IMG/VR virus record: IMGVR_UViG_3300047551_002158
DNA length: 64,000 nucleotides
Strand: one strand, 5' to 3'
From: a virus
Taxonomy: Duplodnaviria; Caudoviricetes
Below the pieces are notes generated by a model that was not told the origin of the DNA, did no database searches, and saw nothing but the letters and a program-made list of their open reading frames with translations. Positions 34,217 to 43,574 of the stretch are shown in pieces. A program made the translations under genes and the position numbers. How positions within the stretch are numbered: position 1 is the first letter of the stretch; every line of letters begins with the position of its first letter.

Positions 34217-35018
34217 TTTATCAGAAGCAACTTTTATTATTCCAATTCGTATTGAATCGCAAGATAGACTGCGTAATGTAATTACTACAACAGCATTTCT
34301 TTTAGAAAATTTTGATACCAATATTATTATTAAAGAGGTAGATTATGAGTCTATCTTTATTAGAGATGTTGTTCCTGTTCTAAAAGATTTCTTTGATGTT
34401 GATACTCATATCTATCATATCTTTGAAAAAAGTGATGAGACTCTCTTTCATCGACAAAGAGTTTTAAATGAAATGCTTGCGGAAACAAAAACTGAAGTTG
34501 TAGTCAATTATGATTGTGATGTTCTTCTTCCTTTAGACTCTTATCACGAAGCATATCAATCAGTTTTACTTCATACTCAAGATGTGATTTATCCTTATGG
34601 TCAAGGGATGTATCAGCAACAAGTACAAGCAACTGATGAAATAGTCTCTCATTTTCTACAAACAGGAGACTTTGATTATCTTGAGAAGCATTCAAAACTT
34701 CATACTTCAGATTTTGGATGGGTTCAATTCTTCAATAAAAAAGTTTATATTGAAGGTGGTATGGAGAATGAAAATTTCAAAGCTTATGCTCCCGAAGATA
34801 AAGAAAGGTTTTACAGATTCACTACATTGGGTTATAATGTAGGACGTATCAATGATTATGTTTATCATCTAGAACATTCAAGAGGACAGAATTCTTGGTT
34901 CAGTAATCCATATATGAAAAGTAATATGGAGGAATGGGAAAAGATTCGGAAGATGAATAAAGAAAAATTATTAGAATATTATTCAAATCAAAATTATCTT
35001 AAAAAGTATTTACTATGA
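34206..35018 (+). CDS. GT2/GT7-like (galactosyltransferase C-terminal) glycosyltransferase
   Basis: NYDCDV, GGMENENF..YAPED, YHLEH. Confidence 0.78.
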   Translation: MKIDLSEATFIIPIRIESQDRLRNVITTTAFLLENFDTNIIIKEVDYESIFIRDVVPVLKDFFDVDTHIYHIFEKSDETLFHRQRVLNEMLAETKTEVVVNYDCDVLLPLDSYHEAYQSVLLHTQDVIYPYGQGMYQQQVQATDEIVSHFLQTGDFDYLEKHSKLHTSDFGWVQFFNKKVYIEGGMENENFKAYAPEDKERFYRFTTLGYNVGRINDYVYHLEHSRGQNSWFSNPYMKSNMEEWEKIRKMNKEKLLEYYSNQNYLKKYLL

Positions 35019-35608
35019 CTAAGAAAAAAATTATCATCGATAAGAATTTTCTACTATCATCTGCCTATGAAGAGTATGAATATCTTCTTGAATTTATGAA
35101 TTGTAAAGGAAATTACAATAAACCGGGAATTAGTGATTATCCTTTTTATGCATATTTTTCGACATTAGTTGATAATACTACTATTTTAGAAATAGGAACC
35201 TCCGAAGGTGGATCTGCAATTATGATGTCCCATAACCAAAAAAATAAAATTATTAGTTATGATGTTGTTAAGCAAGATACAGTTCCTGATGGTAATTTGA
35301 GAGGAATCGATTTTCGTATTGGTAATTTCATGTCTGATAAAATTGATTATAGTCAAATTGACTTAATTACTATCGATGCTGCTCATAATGGAGTGGAAGA
35401 AATAGAGATGGTAAAACATCTCCAAAAAAATTGGAGAGGTGGTCTTTTATTTTTGGATGACATTAATTTGAGTCAAATGCGTGTATTTTGGGAAAGCATT
35501 GATAAAGATCGGCATGAAGTTTTTGATATTTCAGATATTGCTCACGGGCATCATGGAAGTGGATTAGTTAATTTTAATAGGTACTTTGATTTGACCATTA
35601 AAGAGTAA
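35015..35608 (+). CDS. class I SAM-dependent methyltransferase
   Basis: LEIGTSEGGS, IDAAH, GGLLFLDDI. Confidence 0.8.
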   Translation: MTKKKIIIDKNFLLSSAYEEYEYLLEFMNCKGNYNKPGISDYPFYAYFSTLVDNTTILEIGTSEGGSAIMMSHNQKNKIISYDVVKQDTVPDGNLRGIDFRIGNFMSDKIDYSQIDLITIDAAHNGVEEIEMVKHLQKNWRGGLLFLDDINLSQMRVFWESIDKDRHEVFDISDIAHGHHGSGLVNFNRYFDLTIKE

Positions 35609-35612
35609 ATTT

Positions 35613-36470
35613 ATGTTGGCATTTAATCAAATTGGAAATCTTGGTAGACTCGGAAATCAAATGTTCGAGTATGCTGCTTTGCGAGGAATTGCTTTCTATC
35701 ACGGATACGATTGGTGTATTCCTCCTTATAGTAAAAAGGGTATTGAAAATTACAGTCTTCATTACTGTTTTAAGTTAGAATCTGTGCAGGAAGATAATCT
35801 AAATTATCTTGATCATTATCAGTATGTACAAGAAAGGTTTTTTCATTTTGATGAAGAACTTTTTGAAAACTGTCCAGACAATGTAAGTCTTCATGGATTC
35901 TTTCAATCGGAAAAATACTTCAAACATATTTCTGATGAAATTCGTAAAGACTTTACCTTTCACGATGAGCATTTGGGACCGTGTAAAGAGATGATGGATA
36001 CCATAGAAGGACAAGAACCAATTATGCTTCACGTTCGTCGTGGTGATCCAAATCTAGTTGACCCTCGTGGATTTAAATGGAGTTATACTCAATGCGGAGA
36101 TCAACATCCAGTTCAACCTCTTGAATATTATGAAAAGGCTTTATCTGAGTTTGATGATAGTCAACCAGTAGTTGTATTTTCAGATTCTCCTGAGTGGGTT
36201 AAAGAACAAGAATTCTTTTCTAGCGATAGGTTCTTAATTTCAGAACCACAAGAAAAATATGATGATGGATCATATACTCCATATTCAGATTTGTGCTTGA
36301 TGTCTTTATGCTCTCATGCTATTATTGCTAATAGTAGTTTAAGTTGGTGGGGTGCTTGGTTGATTTCAAATCCAAACAAAAAAGTCATTGCTCCCAAAAT
36401 GTGGTTTGGTCCTGCATATGCTGATAAAGATACAAAAGACCTTTATTGTTCAGATTGGAAAGTGTTATGA
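35613..36470 (+). CDS. GT11 alpha-1,2-fucosyltransferase-like
   Basis: GRLGNQMFEYA, GFFQSEKYF, HVRRGD, IANSSLSWWGAWL. Confidence 0.88.
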   Translation: MLAFNQIGNLGRLGNQMFEYAALRGIAFYHGYDWCIPPYSKKGIENYSLHYCFKLESVQEDNLNYLDHYQYVQERFFHFDEELFENCPDNVSLHGFFQSEKYFKHISDEIRKDFTFHDEHLGPCKEMMDTIEGQEPIMLHVRRGDPNLVDPRGFKWSYTQCGDQHPVQPLEYYEKALSEFDDSQPVVVFSDSPEWVKEQEFFSSDRFLISEPQEKYDDGSYTPYSDLCLMSLCSHAIIANSSLSWWGAWLISNPNKKVIAPKMWFGPAYADKDTKDLYCSDWKVL

Positions 36471-37294
36471 ATAGAATTACAAATTACGAAGAGTTAAAAA
36501 ATAAAATTACTGGTTGGATTGGGGATTACATTTTACAGAATCCAAGTATTAAATCTCTAGTTGTTGGTGTTTCTGGTGGTATTGATTCTGCAGTAGTTTC
36601 TACTCTTTGTGCAGAGACTGGACTACCTACTTATGTTTTATCTATGCCTCTTCATTCTATTTCTAAGAATGATGCTCTGTCCGATGATTATACGGATTAC
36701 CTTGAGAAAAAGTATGATAATGTAACAAAGATTAGAATTGATCTGACCTCAGTTTATGATCAACTAATCAGTTCTTTTGATTACTGGACTGGTAGTGGAA
36801 AATTAACTTTAAACAATCTAGCAAATGCCAATACAAAGTCACGTATTCGTATGGTAACTTTGTATCAGGTTGCTGGTAATGTTAGTGGTATCGTTGTAGG
36901 TACTGGTAATAAAGTTGAAGATTACGGTGTAGGATTTTATACTAAATATGGTGATGGTGGAGTTGATATTGCTCCTATCGCAGATCTCTATAAAACTGAA
37001 GTATGGGAACTTGGAAAACATCTTGGGGTAGATCAACGTATTATTGACGCACCTCCCACAGATGGACTATGGGAAGATAGCCGAACTGATGAAGATCAGA
37101 TTGGTGCTTCTTATGAACTTCTTGAATGGGTTATGGAATCGAGAATTATTGATTCTTCTTATGATTCTGAAGCATTGACTATGTGGATGGACAAAGAATT
37201 AACAGAAGAACAGAAGTCTGCGATTAAGCAATACAAAAAATTCAACACACAAAACAAACATAAAATGATATCTATTCCTACATTTAAACTATGA
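36467..37294 (+). CDS. nadE: NH3-dependent NAD+ synthetase
   Basis: GVSGGIDSAV, GTGNKVE..GFYTKYGDGGVD, IADLYKTEV, PTDGLW...DEDQIG. Confidence 0.92.
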   Translation: MNRITNYEELKNKITGWIGDYILQNPSIKSLVVGVSGGIDSAVVSTLCAETGLPTYVLSMPLHSISKNDALSDDYTDYLEKKYDNVTKIRIDLTSVYDQLISSFDYWTGSGKLTLNNLANANTKSRIRMVTLYQVAGNVSGIVVGTGNKVEDYGVGFYTKYGDGGVDIAPIADLYKTEVWELGKHLGVDQRIIDAPPTDGLWEDSRTDEDQIGASYELLEWVMESRIIDSSYDSEALTMWMDKELTEEQKSAIKQYKKFNTQNKHKMISIPTFKL

Positions 37295-38433
37295 AAATTG
37301 GAGTAATCGGAGCTGGGAGACTTGGAATTTGTTTTGCTCTCCTTTGCGAACAAGCGGGTTATGATGTAGTTGTATCTGATATTAGAGAAGACTATATTCA
37401 AGATCTCAAAAATAAAAAGATTTCTACTAATGAACCTGAGGTTCAAGAACTTCTTTCTAAGAGTACAAAACTAAAAGCAACTATAAGTAATCTAGATGTA
37501 ATTGATGAGTGTGATCTAATTTATACTTTAGTTGCCACTCCATCTCTACCATCTGGAGATTATGATGTAAGTGCTGTTTGGAAAGTTGTAAATGATGTAC
37601 AATCAGCACCAAATGTTAAAGGTAAAACCTTTGTTGTTGGATGTACTACCAATCCTGGAGACTGTGAGTTATTCCAAAAACAATTAGAACCTTATGGAGT
37701 TGATGTGTTTTATAATCCAGAGTTTATCGCACAGGGATCCATCATCCGAGATTTGAGACGTGCTGATATGGTCTTGATAGGTGGAAAGAGAAATGAAGTT
37801 TATTATCAACTTTGTGAACTTTATAATAAAATTCAAGAAACTCCACCGAGTATTAATATTATGTCTACCACTGCTGCTGAACTTGTGAAGTTGGCAGTGA
37901 ACTGTTTCCTCACAACTAAAATTAGTTATGCTAATATGGTCGGTGAAGTTATGACTTTGGCAGGTCTAGAGGATGAAATCTCCACTGTTCTTGGAGCAAT
38001 TGGTGATGATAGTAGAGTTGGTAGAAAATATCTTAATTATGGATATGGGTTTGGTGGTCCGTGCTTACCAAGAGACAATCGTTCTTTTGCTGCTTATGCA
38101 AAAAAACTTGGATTAGAATATAATCTTGGAAAAACAACAGATGATTTTAATAATGAACACGCTAAGTTTTTGAAAGATTATTTCATTAAAAAGAATGATA
38201 GAAAACTTCCTTTTGCTTTTCATTACATTTCTTATAAGGAAGGGACAGACATTCTCGCAGAAAGTCAACAATATCGCCTTTGTTTAGATTTTCTTAATGA
38301 AGGGTATAAAGTTTATATCTTAGATAATCTTGCTATTCTTGAGCAAGTAAGAGACTACTTAGAAAAAAAATATGAAGATTTAGTAATTGTTAATGGAATT
38401 CCTAATGAAGAAGTTTATTGGATTGAATTATGA
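37291..38433 (+). CDS. UDP-glucose/GDP-mannose dehydrogenase family protein
   Basis: GAGRLG, YNPEFIAQG, AELVK, GYGFGGPCLPRD. Confidence 0.9.
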   Translation: MKIGVIGAGRLGICFALLCEQAGYDVVVSDIREDYIQDLKNKKISTNEPEVQELLSKSTKLKATISNLDVIDECDLIYTLVATPSLPSGDYDVSAVWKVVNDVQSAPNVKGKTFVVGCTTNPGDCELFQKQLEPYGVDVFYNPEFIAQGSIIRDLRRADMVLIGGKRNEVYYQLCELYNKIQETPPSINIMSTTAAELVKLAVNCFLTTKISYANMVGEVMTLAGLEDEISTVLGAIGDDSRVGRKYLNYGYGFGGPCLPRDNRSFAAYAKKLGLEYNLGKTTDDFNNEHAKFLKDYFIKKNDRKLPFAFHYISYKEGTDILAESQQYRLCLDFLNEGYKVYILDNLAILEQVRDYLEKKYEDLVIVNGIPNEEVYWIEL

Positions 38434-39236
38434 ACGAATTAATAGACAAAAATAAATCTACATATAAACTTAAAAATATTGGTCCAATATATTATTTGAA
38501 TCTTGATGGTCAACCAGAGAGACGAAAATATATGGAAGACCAATTTAAATATTGGGAAATTGAAAATTATACTCGCATATCTGCATATGATGGTCGTGAA
38601 GATGACTTGAGTGATATTATTGTTGGTCGTTATCCCGAAATGATGACTTCCGGAGAAGTTGGTTGTATTACTTCTCACTTAAAGGCAATTAAACATTGGT
38701 ATGAAACTTCTAATAGTCCATATGTGATTATTATGGAAGATGATTGCAATCTTGATCTTGTAAAGTATTGGAACTTTACCTGGTCAGATTTTTATGCACA
38801 TATTCCATATGATTGGGACGTAGTTCAAATTGCAATTATTTGTACTGGAGATATTCACGTTAAATTGCATAAGAGATTTGTTAATGATTTTTCAACTGCT
38901 TGTTATTTAATTAATAGACATCACGCAGAAAAACTTTTAAAATTTCACGTTCGTGGTGATAAGTATAAACTTGATAATGGTGTCAAACCTCGTCCAGTTG
39001 CAGATGATTTAATTTATAATTCTGGCAATACTTATTCAATCCCTCTTCTTTTGTATAGGATTGAACTTGGATCGTCTATCCATCCAGAACACGTTGACAT
39101 TTATCATAAGGCAAATTTCAATGCGTTGAGTGAGTTTTGGCAGCAAAATGGTGCTCAGATTGATATTAAAGAGTATATGGACTATGATCCTTACCTTGGT
39201 AGAATAACTGAACCATCAAATCAACAAACCTCTTGA
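38430..39236 (+). CDS. GT25-family glycosyltransferase
   Basis: YYLNLD..PERR, EVGCITSH, IMEDD. Confidence 0.82.
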   Translation: MNELIDKNKSTYKLKNIGPIYYLNLDGQPERRKYMEDQFKYWEIENYTRISAYDGREDDLSDIIVGRYPEMMTSGEVGCITSHLKAIKHWYETSNSPYVIIMEDDCNLDLVKYWNFTWSDFYAHIPYDWDVVQIAIICTGDIHVKLHKRFVNDFSTACYLINRHHAEKLLKFHVRGDKYKLDNGVKPRPVADDLIYNSGNTYSIPLLLYRIELGSSIHPEHVDIYHKANFNALSEFWQQNGAQIDIKEYMDYDPYLGRITEPSNQQTS

Positions 39237-39329
39237 CAACCTTTCAAGTCTCCTCTATACTAAATAAGTACTTAAGAATTCAGTTGTAATTCTTAACATT
39301 TGTCCTATAGTACAAAATAAAACAAACTT

Positions 39330-40802
39330 ATGAAACTCAAACAACTGATGCTTGCACCTGTTGCTCTGGGAATGGTTGCTCCTGTTGCTGCGAATGCGGC
39401 AGATCTTAATATTGCAGCAGTCAACCAGTATTCTTCTGAACAGGTCACAAGTGTCTCTCAGTTCTCTGATGTAAAGCCCACTGACTGGGCATATCAAGCA
39501 CTCAGCAATCTCGTAGAGCGTTATGGTTGCGTTGCTGGTTATCCTAATGGAACCTATGGTGGTGGCAAGGCAATGACCCGCTATGAAGCAGCAGCACTAC
39601 TGAATGCCTGTCTTGATCGTGTAACAGAAGTTACCGATGAACTGAAGCGTCTCCAAGCAGAATTTGCTCAGGAACTTGCTGTTCTTCGTGGTCGTGTTGA
39701 TGCTGCTGAGGCACGCATCGGTCAACTGGAAGCAACTCAATTCTCCACCACTACCAAACTGCGTGGTGAAACGACTTTCGTTCTGGGTGGTGTTCCTGGT
39801 TATGATACCAAGGATGATGTAAGCACTCGTACTGCTTTCAACTACGATGTTCGTCTGAACTTCGATACTTCGTTTACTGGTTCGGATCTGCTTCGTACCC
39901 GTCTTCGTTCCTCTAACTTCAGTGCTGATCCTTTCGGTTCTTCTTCTTCCCTGTTCAAACTGGACAAGGCAGACAACTTCTCCAGTGCTAATGGTGATAA
40001 TGTAGTCCTTGACCGTCTGTACTATCAGTTCCCTGCATTCAATAACCGTGCAACCCTGACTGCTGGTGCTAAGGTTCGTAACACCGAAATGGCATGGATT
40101 CCTTCTGCATACAAGTCTGAGGTTCTGGACTTCTTTGCTGTTGCTGGTGCTCCTGGTGTTTATAACAAGGCAACTGGTGCTGGTTTCGGTGCTCTCTGGA
40201 GTCAAGGTAAGACTGGTCTCGTTGCTGGTGTAAACTATGTGGCACAGTCTGGTTCCGATTCCTCCAAAGGTGAGTTTGATGAGACTGGTGCTCTGAACAC
40301 TCTGGCACAAATCGGTTATCGTGGTACTAACTACGGTATTGCATTCGGTTATCGTTATGGTACTGAAGGCACCCGTGTTCGCACCTACAACGGTCTGAAC
40401 GGTGCTTCTGGTACTCTGGTTCCTGGTCAAACCTCCAACGGTTATGCTATCAACGCATACTGGCAACCCAAGCAATCTGGTTGGGTTCCTTCGGTCTCTG
40501 CTGCCTATGGTTGGAACACCGTAAGTGGTACTGAGAGTGCTGCTACCGATAGTCAATCCTGGTTCGCTGGTCTCCAGTGGGCAGATGTGTTTGCTAAAGG
40601 TAATTCTGCTGGTATTGCTGTGGGTCAGGCACCTACGGGTCAAGATCTGGAGTCTGCAACGATGCTTGAAATCTTCTACAAGTATCAAGTTTCGGACAAT
40701 ATCAGCATCACTCCTGCAATCTTCTATGCAAGTGATAATCAGCGCCTGATCGGTGATGCCTCCAAGTGGGGTGGTGTTATCCAGACTAAGTTTACTTTCT
40801 GA
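39330..40802 (+). CDS. cyanobacterial outer-membrane porin (Som type, SLH domain plus beta-barrel)
   Basis: Signal peptide, FSDVKPTDWAYQALSNLVERYGC, TRYEAAA, QFSTTTKL, terminal TKFTF; host-like codon usage. Confidence 0.92.
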   Translation: MKLKQLMLAPVALGMVAPVAANAADLNIAAVNQYSSEQVTSVSQFSDVKPTDWAYQALSNLVERYGCVAGYPNGTYGGGKAMTRYEAAALLNACLDRVTEVTDELKRLQAEFAQELAVLRGRVDAAEARIGQLEATQFSTTTKLRGETTFVLGGVPGYDTKDDVSTRTAFNYDVRLNFDTSFTGSDLLRTRLRSSNFSADPFGSSSSLFKLDKADNFSSANGDNVVLDRLYYQFPAFNNRATLTAGAKVRNTEMAWIPSAYKSEVLDFFAVAGAPGVYNKATGAGFGALWSQGKTGLVAGVNYVAQSGSDSSKGEFDETGALNTLAQIGYRGTNYGIAFGYRYGTEGTRVRTYNGLNGASGTLVPGQTSNGYAINAYWQPKQSGWVPSVSAAYGWNTVSGTESAATDSQSWFAGLQWADVFAKGNSAGIAVGQAPTGQDLESATMLEIFYKYQVSDNISITPAIFYASDNQRLIGDASKWGGVIQTKFTF

Positions 40803-40825
40803 TAATCTGAAAGTGTGGTAAACTT

Positions 40826-40850
40826 GGAGGGGATAAAACCCCTCCTTTTT
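40826..40850 (+). terminator. intrinsic terminator
   Basis: GGAGGGG/CCCCTCC stem plus T run. Confidence 0.8.
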
Positions 40851-40866
40851 AATGTGGAGAAATTAA

Positions 40867-41142
40867 ATGTATGATTATTGGGTTGTAACAGAAAGGTCTA
40901 CTGGGAGAGTAATTGCTCATTGTGGTGAAGAAAGAGATGCAATTATGATGTATGAATTTGATACTAATAATAGAAGTTATAGAAAACAGAAGTTCATTAT
41001 GGATCAAGTAATTGATATTACTTCTACTTACGATAAACAACTTCCAGGACAAATTGGGCTTCCTGAAGGTGAAGTAAATCAACTTCAAGAGTTCAAGGTC
41101 AAACTTCCTGAAGGTGAAGGACAACCTGTTAATATCAGGTAA
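40867..41142 (+). CDS. conserved cyanophage hypothetical protein
   Basis: TGRVIAHCGEERDA motif. Confidence 0.7.
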   Translation: MYDYWVVTERSTGRVIAHCGEERDAIMMYEFDTNNRSYRKQKFIMDQVIDITSTYDKQLPGQIGLPEGEVNQLQEFKVKLPEGEGQPVNIR

Positions 41143-41149
41143 TTAAAAC

Positions 41150-41179
41150 CTTAACCTTCTCTTAGTTGATTTTTACTTT
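41150..41179 (+). promoter_or_regulatory. pho box (SphR/PhoB-type) upstream of pstS
   Basis: CTTAACCT-tct-CTTAGTTG-att-TTTACTTT; 11-bp periodicity; first repeat is the cyanobacterial consensus. Confidence 0.7.
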
Positions 41180-41217
41180 TATCTCTTTTAGAATTTCTTT
41201 GTAGTTATTCACTTTTT

Positions 41218-42183
41218 ATGAAACTCAAATACATTTTTGCTATTGGTCTGCTTGCTGCTCCTGTTGCTGCTATTGCTGGACCTGCTCTAAATGGTACAGG
41301 TGCCACCTTCCCTGCACCTCTTTATCAACGTTGGTTCCAAGATTATGCACGAACTTCTGGGAGTAGGGTTAATTATCAGTCCGTTGGTTCTGGTGCTGGT
41401 GTTCGTCAATTCCTTGCGGGCACGGTTGACTTCGGAGCAACCGACGAAGCAATCAAACCATCAGAAGCAGCAAAGGTGAAACGTGGTGTCGTTCAAATTC
41501 CTATGATTGGTGGAACGATTGCTGTTGCTTATAACAAACCTGGATGCTCCCTGAAACTCACTCAGAAGCAAACTGTAGACATCTTTGCTGGTCGTATTAA
41601 AGATTGGAGCAAACTACCGAACTGTGGTAATGGTCCTATTCGGGTTGTTCATCGGTCTGATGGTTCTGGAACTACCTTTGCATTCACTAACTCTCTGGAA
41701 GCATTTGGTGGTTGGACTTATGGTGTGAATAAGGCAGTTAAGTGGCCTGTTGGTGTTGGTGGTAAGGGCAATGAAGGTGTTTCTGGAACCATCCGTAACA
41801 CTCCTGGTTCTATCGGTTATGTGAATACTGGATTTATCAAAGCAAACAAACTCCAGGCAGCAGCAATCCAAAATAAGGCAGGCAAGTTCGTTCTTCCTTC
41901 TGCTACCTCTGGTGCTGCTGCTCTGAATAGTATTGCACTTGATAGTAACCTTGCTGGCGAAAATCCCAATCCTTCTGGTGCTGGTGCATATCCTATTTCC
42001 ACTCTGACTTGGGTTCTTGCTTATAAGACTGGTAATGGTGCTAAGGCAGATGATATTCGCAAGGCACTTAACTATGCTCTGAGTTCCAAGGCACAAATGA
42101 TTGCTGATGATTTGGGTTATGTTCCTCTTGCAGGAAGCATTCTCAACAAGGCACGTATCGCTGTGAACCGTATTGGTCAGTAA
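41218..42183 (+). CDS. pstS: phosphate ABC transporter substrate-binding protein
   Basis: GTGATFPAPLY, YQSVGSGAG, DFGATD, HRSDGSGTT, YPISTLTW. Confidence 0.95.
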   Translation: MKLKYIFAIGLLAAPVAAIAGPALNGTGATFPAPLYQRWFQDYARTSGSRVNYQSVGSGAGVRQFLAGTVDFGATDEAIKPSEAAKVKRGVVQIPMIGGTIAVAYNKPGCSLKLTQKQTVDIFAGRIKDWSKLPNCGNGPIRVVHRSDGSGTTFAFTNSLEAFGGWTYGVNKAVKWPVGVGGKGNEGVSGTIRNTPGSIGYVNTGFIKANKLQAAAIQNKAGKFVLPSATSGAAALNSIALDSNLAGENPNPSGAGAYPISTLTWVLAYKTGNGAKADDIRKALNYALSSKAQMIADDLGYVPLAGSILNKARIAVNRIGQ

Positions 42184-42288
42184 ACTGTAAGCATTTATAC
42201 TTAGAAAGTTAAGGAATTCTGACAAAAGGGGCTTGACGCCCCTTTCTTTTTGCTATATAATTGTGTAACAAATCTTAATGAATTTCAA

Positions 42289-42498
42289 ATGACTGTAACG
42301 AAAAACGAATTCGGACAAATGAATATGTGGGCAAAAGAACCCTCTATGTATATGACCAAAGAAGACCTTGAGCGTTACGGCATTGAACCTTATGCAGTAA
42401 AAGCAGAGAAAGCAAATGGGCGCTGGGCAATGGTCGGTTTTATTGTTGGTGTTATTTCTTATTCTATCACTGGCAACTTCTTCTTCGGGATCTTCTGA
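42289..42498 (+). CDS. hli: high-light-inducible protein
   Basis: AEKANGRWAMVG chlorophyll-binding helix. Confidence 0.9.
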   Translation: MTVTKNEFGQMNMWAKEPSMYMTKEDLERYGIEPYAVKAEKANGRWAMVGFIVGVISYSITGNFFFGIF

Positions 42499-42584
42499 TG
42501 ACTGAAGTAATCTTTACCCTCACAGGGGTTGCATTTTTGGTACTTCTCAGTTATTCTGTGGAGAAACTCTGCGAGACTTACTGA
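42498..42584 (+). CDS. 28-aa membrane peptide
   Basis: MTEVIFTLTGVAFLVLLSYSVEKLCETY; coupled at both ends. Confidence 0.55.
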   Translation: MTEVIFTLTGVAFLVLLSYSVEKLCETY

Positions 42585-42856
42585 TGAGTGCTGATATGCT
42601 TGGGCAATTTGCAATTGCTCTTGAAAAACTTGAATGGTCTAATGATGATGAAATCGTAGTTGAAATTGGTGGTGTAGCGGTCACAGGAACTGCAACTCAT
42701 CCAGATGCAAATCCAAAATGGGCAAAACCCTGCGGAACTGTAACTTATCAAAATGATGCTTTCATCATTATTAAAAATAAATCAAGGAACCCTGTAGTTC
42801 CTTCTCAACCTAATCCTGAACTTAAACAACAACATTCTTATAAAGGAGAAAACTAA
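42584..42856 (+). CDS. conserved cyanophage hypothetical protein
   Basis: Coupled overlaps at both ends. Confidence 0.65.
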   Translation: MSADMLGQFAIALEKLEWSNDDEIVVEIGGVAVTGTATHPDANPKWAKPCGTVTYQNDAFIIIKNKSRNPVVPSQPNPELKQQHSYKGEN

Positions 42857-42975
42857 TGGAAAAACTCTTTACTGAAAAAGCTGAGCGTATTAACGGTTGG
42901 GCTGCGATGATTGGTTTCGTTGCTGCTACTGGTTCTTACCTGATTACTGGTCAAATCATTCCTGGTGTGTTCTGA
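42856..42975 (+). CDS. hli: high-light-inducible protein (short, 39 aa)
   Basis: MEKLFTEKAERINGWAAMIGFVAATGSYLITGQIIPGVF; AAGGAG RBS; missing from the ORF track. Confidence 0.9.
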   Translation: MEKLFTEKAERINGWAAMIGFVAATGSYLITGQIIPGVF

Positions 42976-42986
42976 TGGAGGTTACT

Positions 42987-43514
42987 ATGCGTAAAGAAGG
43001 ATACGAAATTCCCAACGTTGAGTTTGTGTTCCGTGAGGGTGGTGAGTTTGTAACTCGTACTTCCTCTGAAATGTTTAAGGGTAAGCGAGTTGTAATTTTC
43101 TCTCTTCCTGGTGCATTCACTCCTACTTGTAGTGCCTATCAACTGCCTGGTTTTGAAGAAAAGTATGATGACTTCAAGAACCTTGGAATTGATGAAATCT
43201 ATTGCATCTCTGTGAATGATGGTTTTGTAATGAATGCTTGGGCACAAGACCAAAATATTCAAAACGTAAAACTGATCCCTGATGGAAATGCTTACTTCAC
43301 ACGTTCAATGGGTATGCTCGTCAATAAGTCGAACCTTGGGTTCGGTGAGCGCAGTTGGCGTTACGCTGTTGTGGTAAAGGACGGCATTATTGAAAAACTG
43401 TTTGTTGAAGCAGGACAACGCGATAATGCTGATACGGATCCTTATGAGGCAACAACTCCAGATAATGTTCTGAGTTATGTGCGATCTAACGTTCTTGAAC
43501 TAGAACTTGTTTGA
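42987..43514 (+). CDS. peroxiredoxin (type II/Prx5-like)
   Basis: SLPGAFTPTCS, CISVNDGFVM, RSWRYA; GGAGG RBS. Confidence 0.92.
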   Translation: MRKEGYEIPNVEFVFREGGEFVTRTSSEMFKGKRVVIFSLPGAFTPTCSAYQLPGFEEKYDDFKNLGIDEIYCISVNDGFVMNAWAQDQNIQNVKLIPDGNAYFTRSMGMLVNKSNLGFGERSWRYAVVVKDGIIEKLFVEAGQRDNADTDPYEATTPDNVLSYVRSNVLELELV

Positions 43515-43517
43515 TTT

Positions 43518-43543
43518 GGGGAGGGGTAAAACCCTCCTTTTTT
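43518..43543 (+). terminator. intrinsic terminator
   Basis: GGAGGG/CCCTCC stem plus T run. Confidence 0.7.
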
Positions 43544-43574
43544 AATAAATAAATTTACTGTATGGTTGGAAACG

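Noticed and set aside
39597-40688. 363-aa antisense ORF over the porin gene (and 41614..42225 over pstS)
   Set aside because: Expected shadow of strongly biased host-like codon usage; no RBS, promoter or recognisable motifs.
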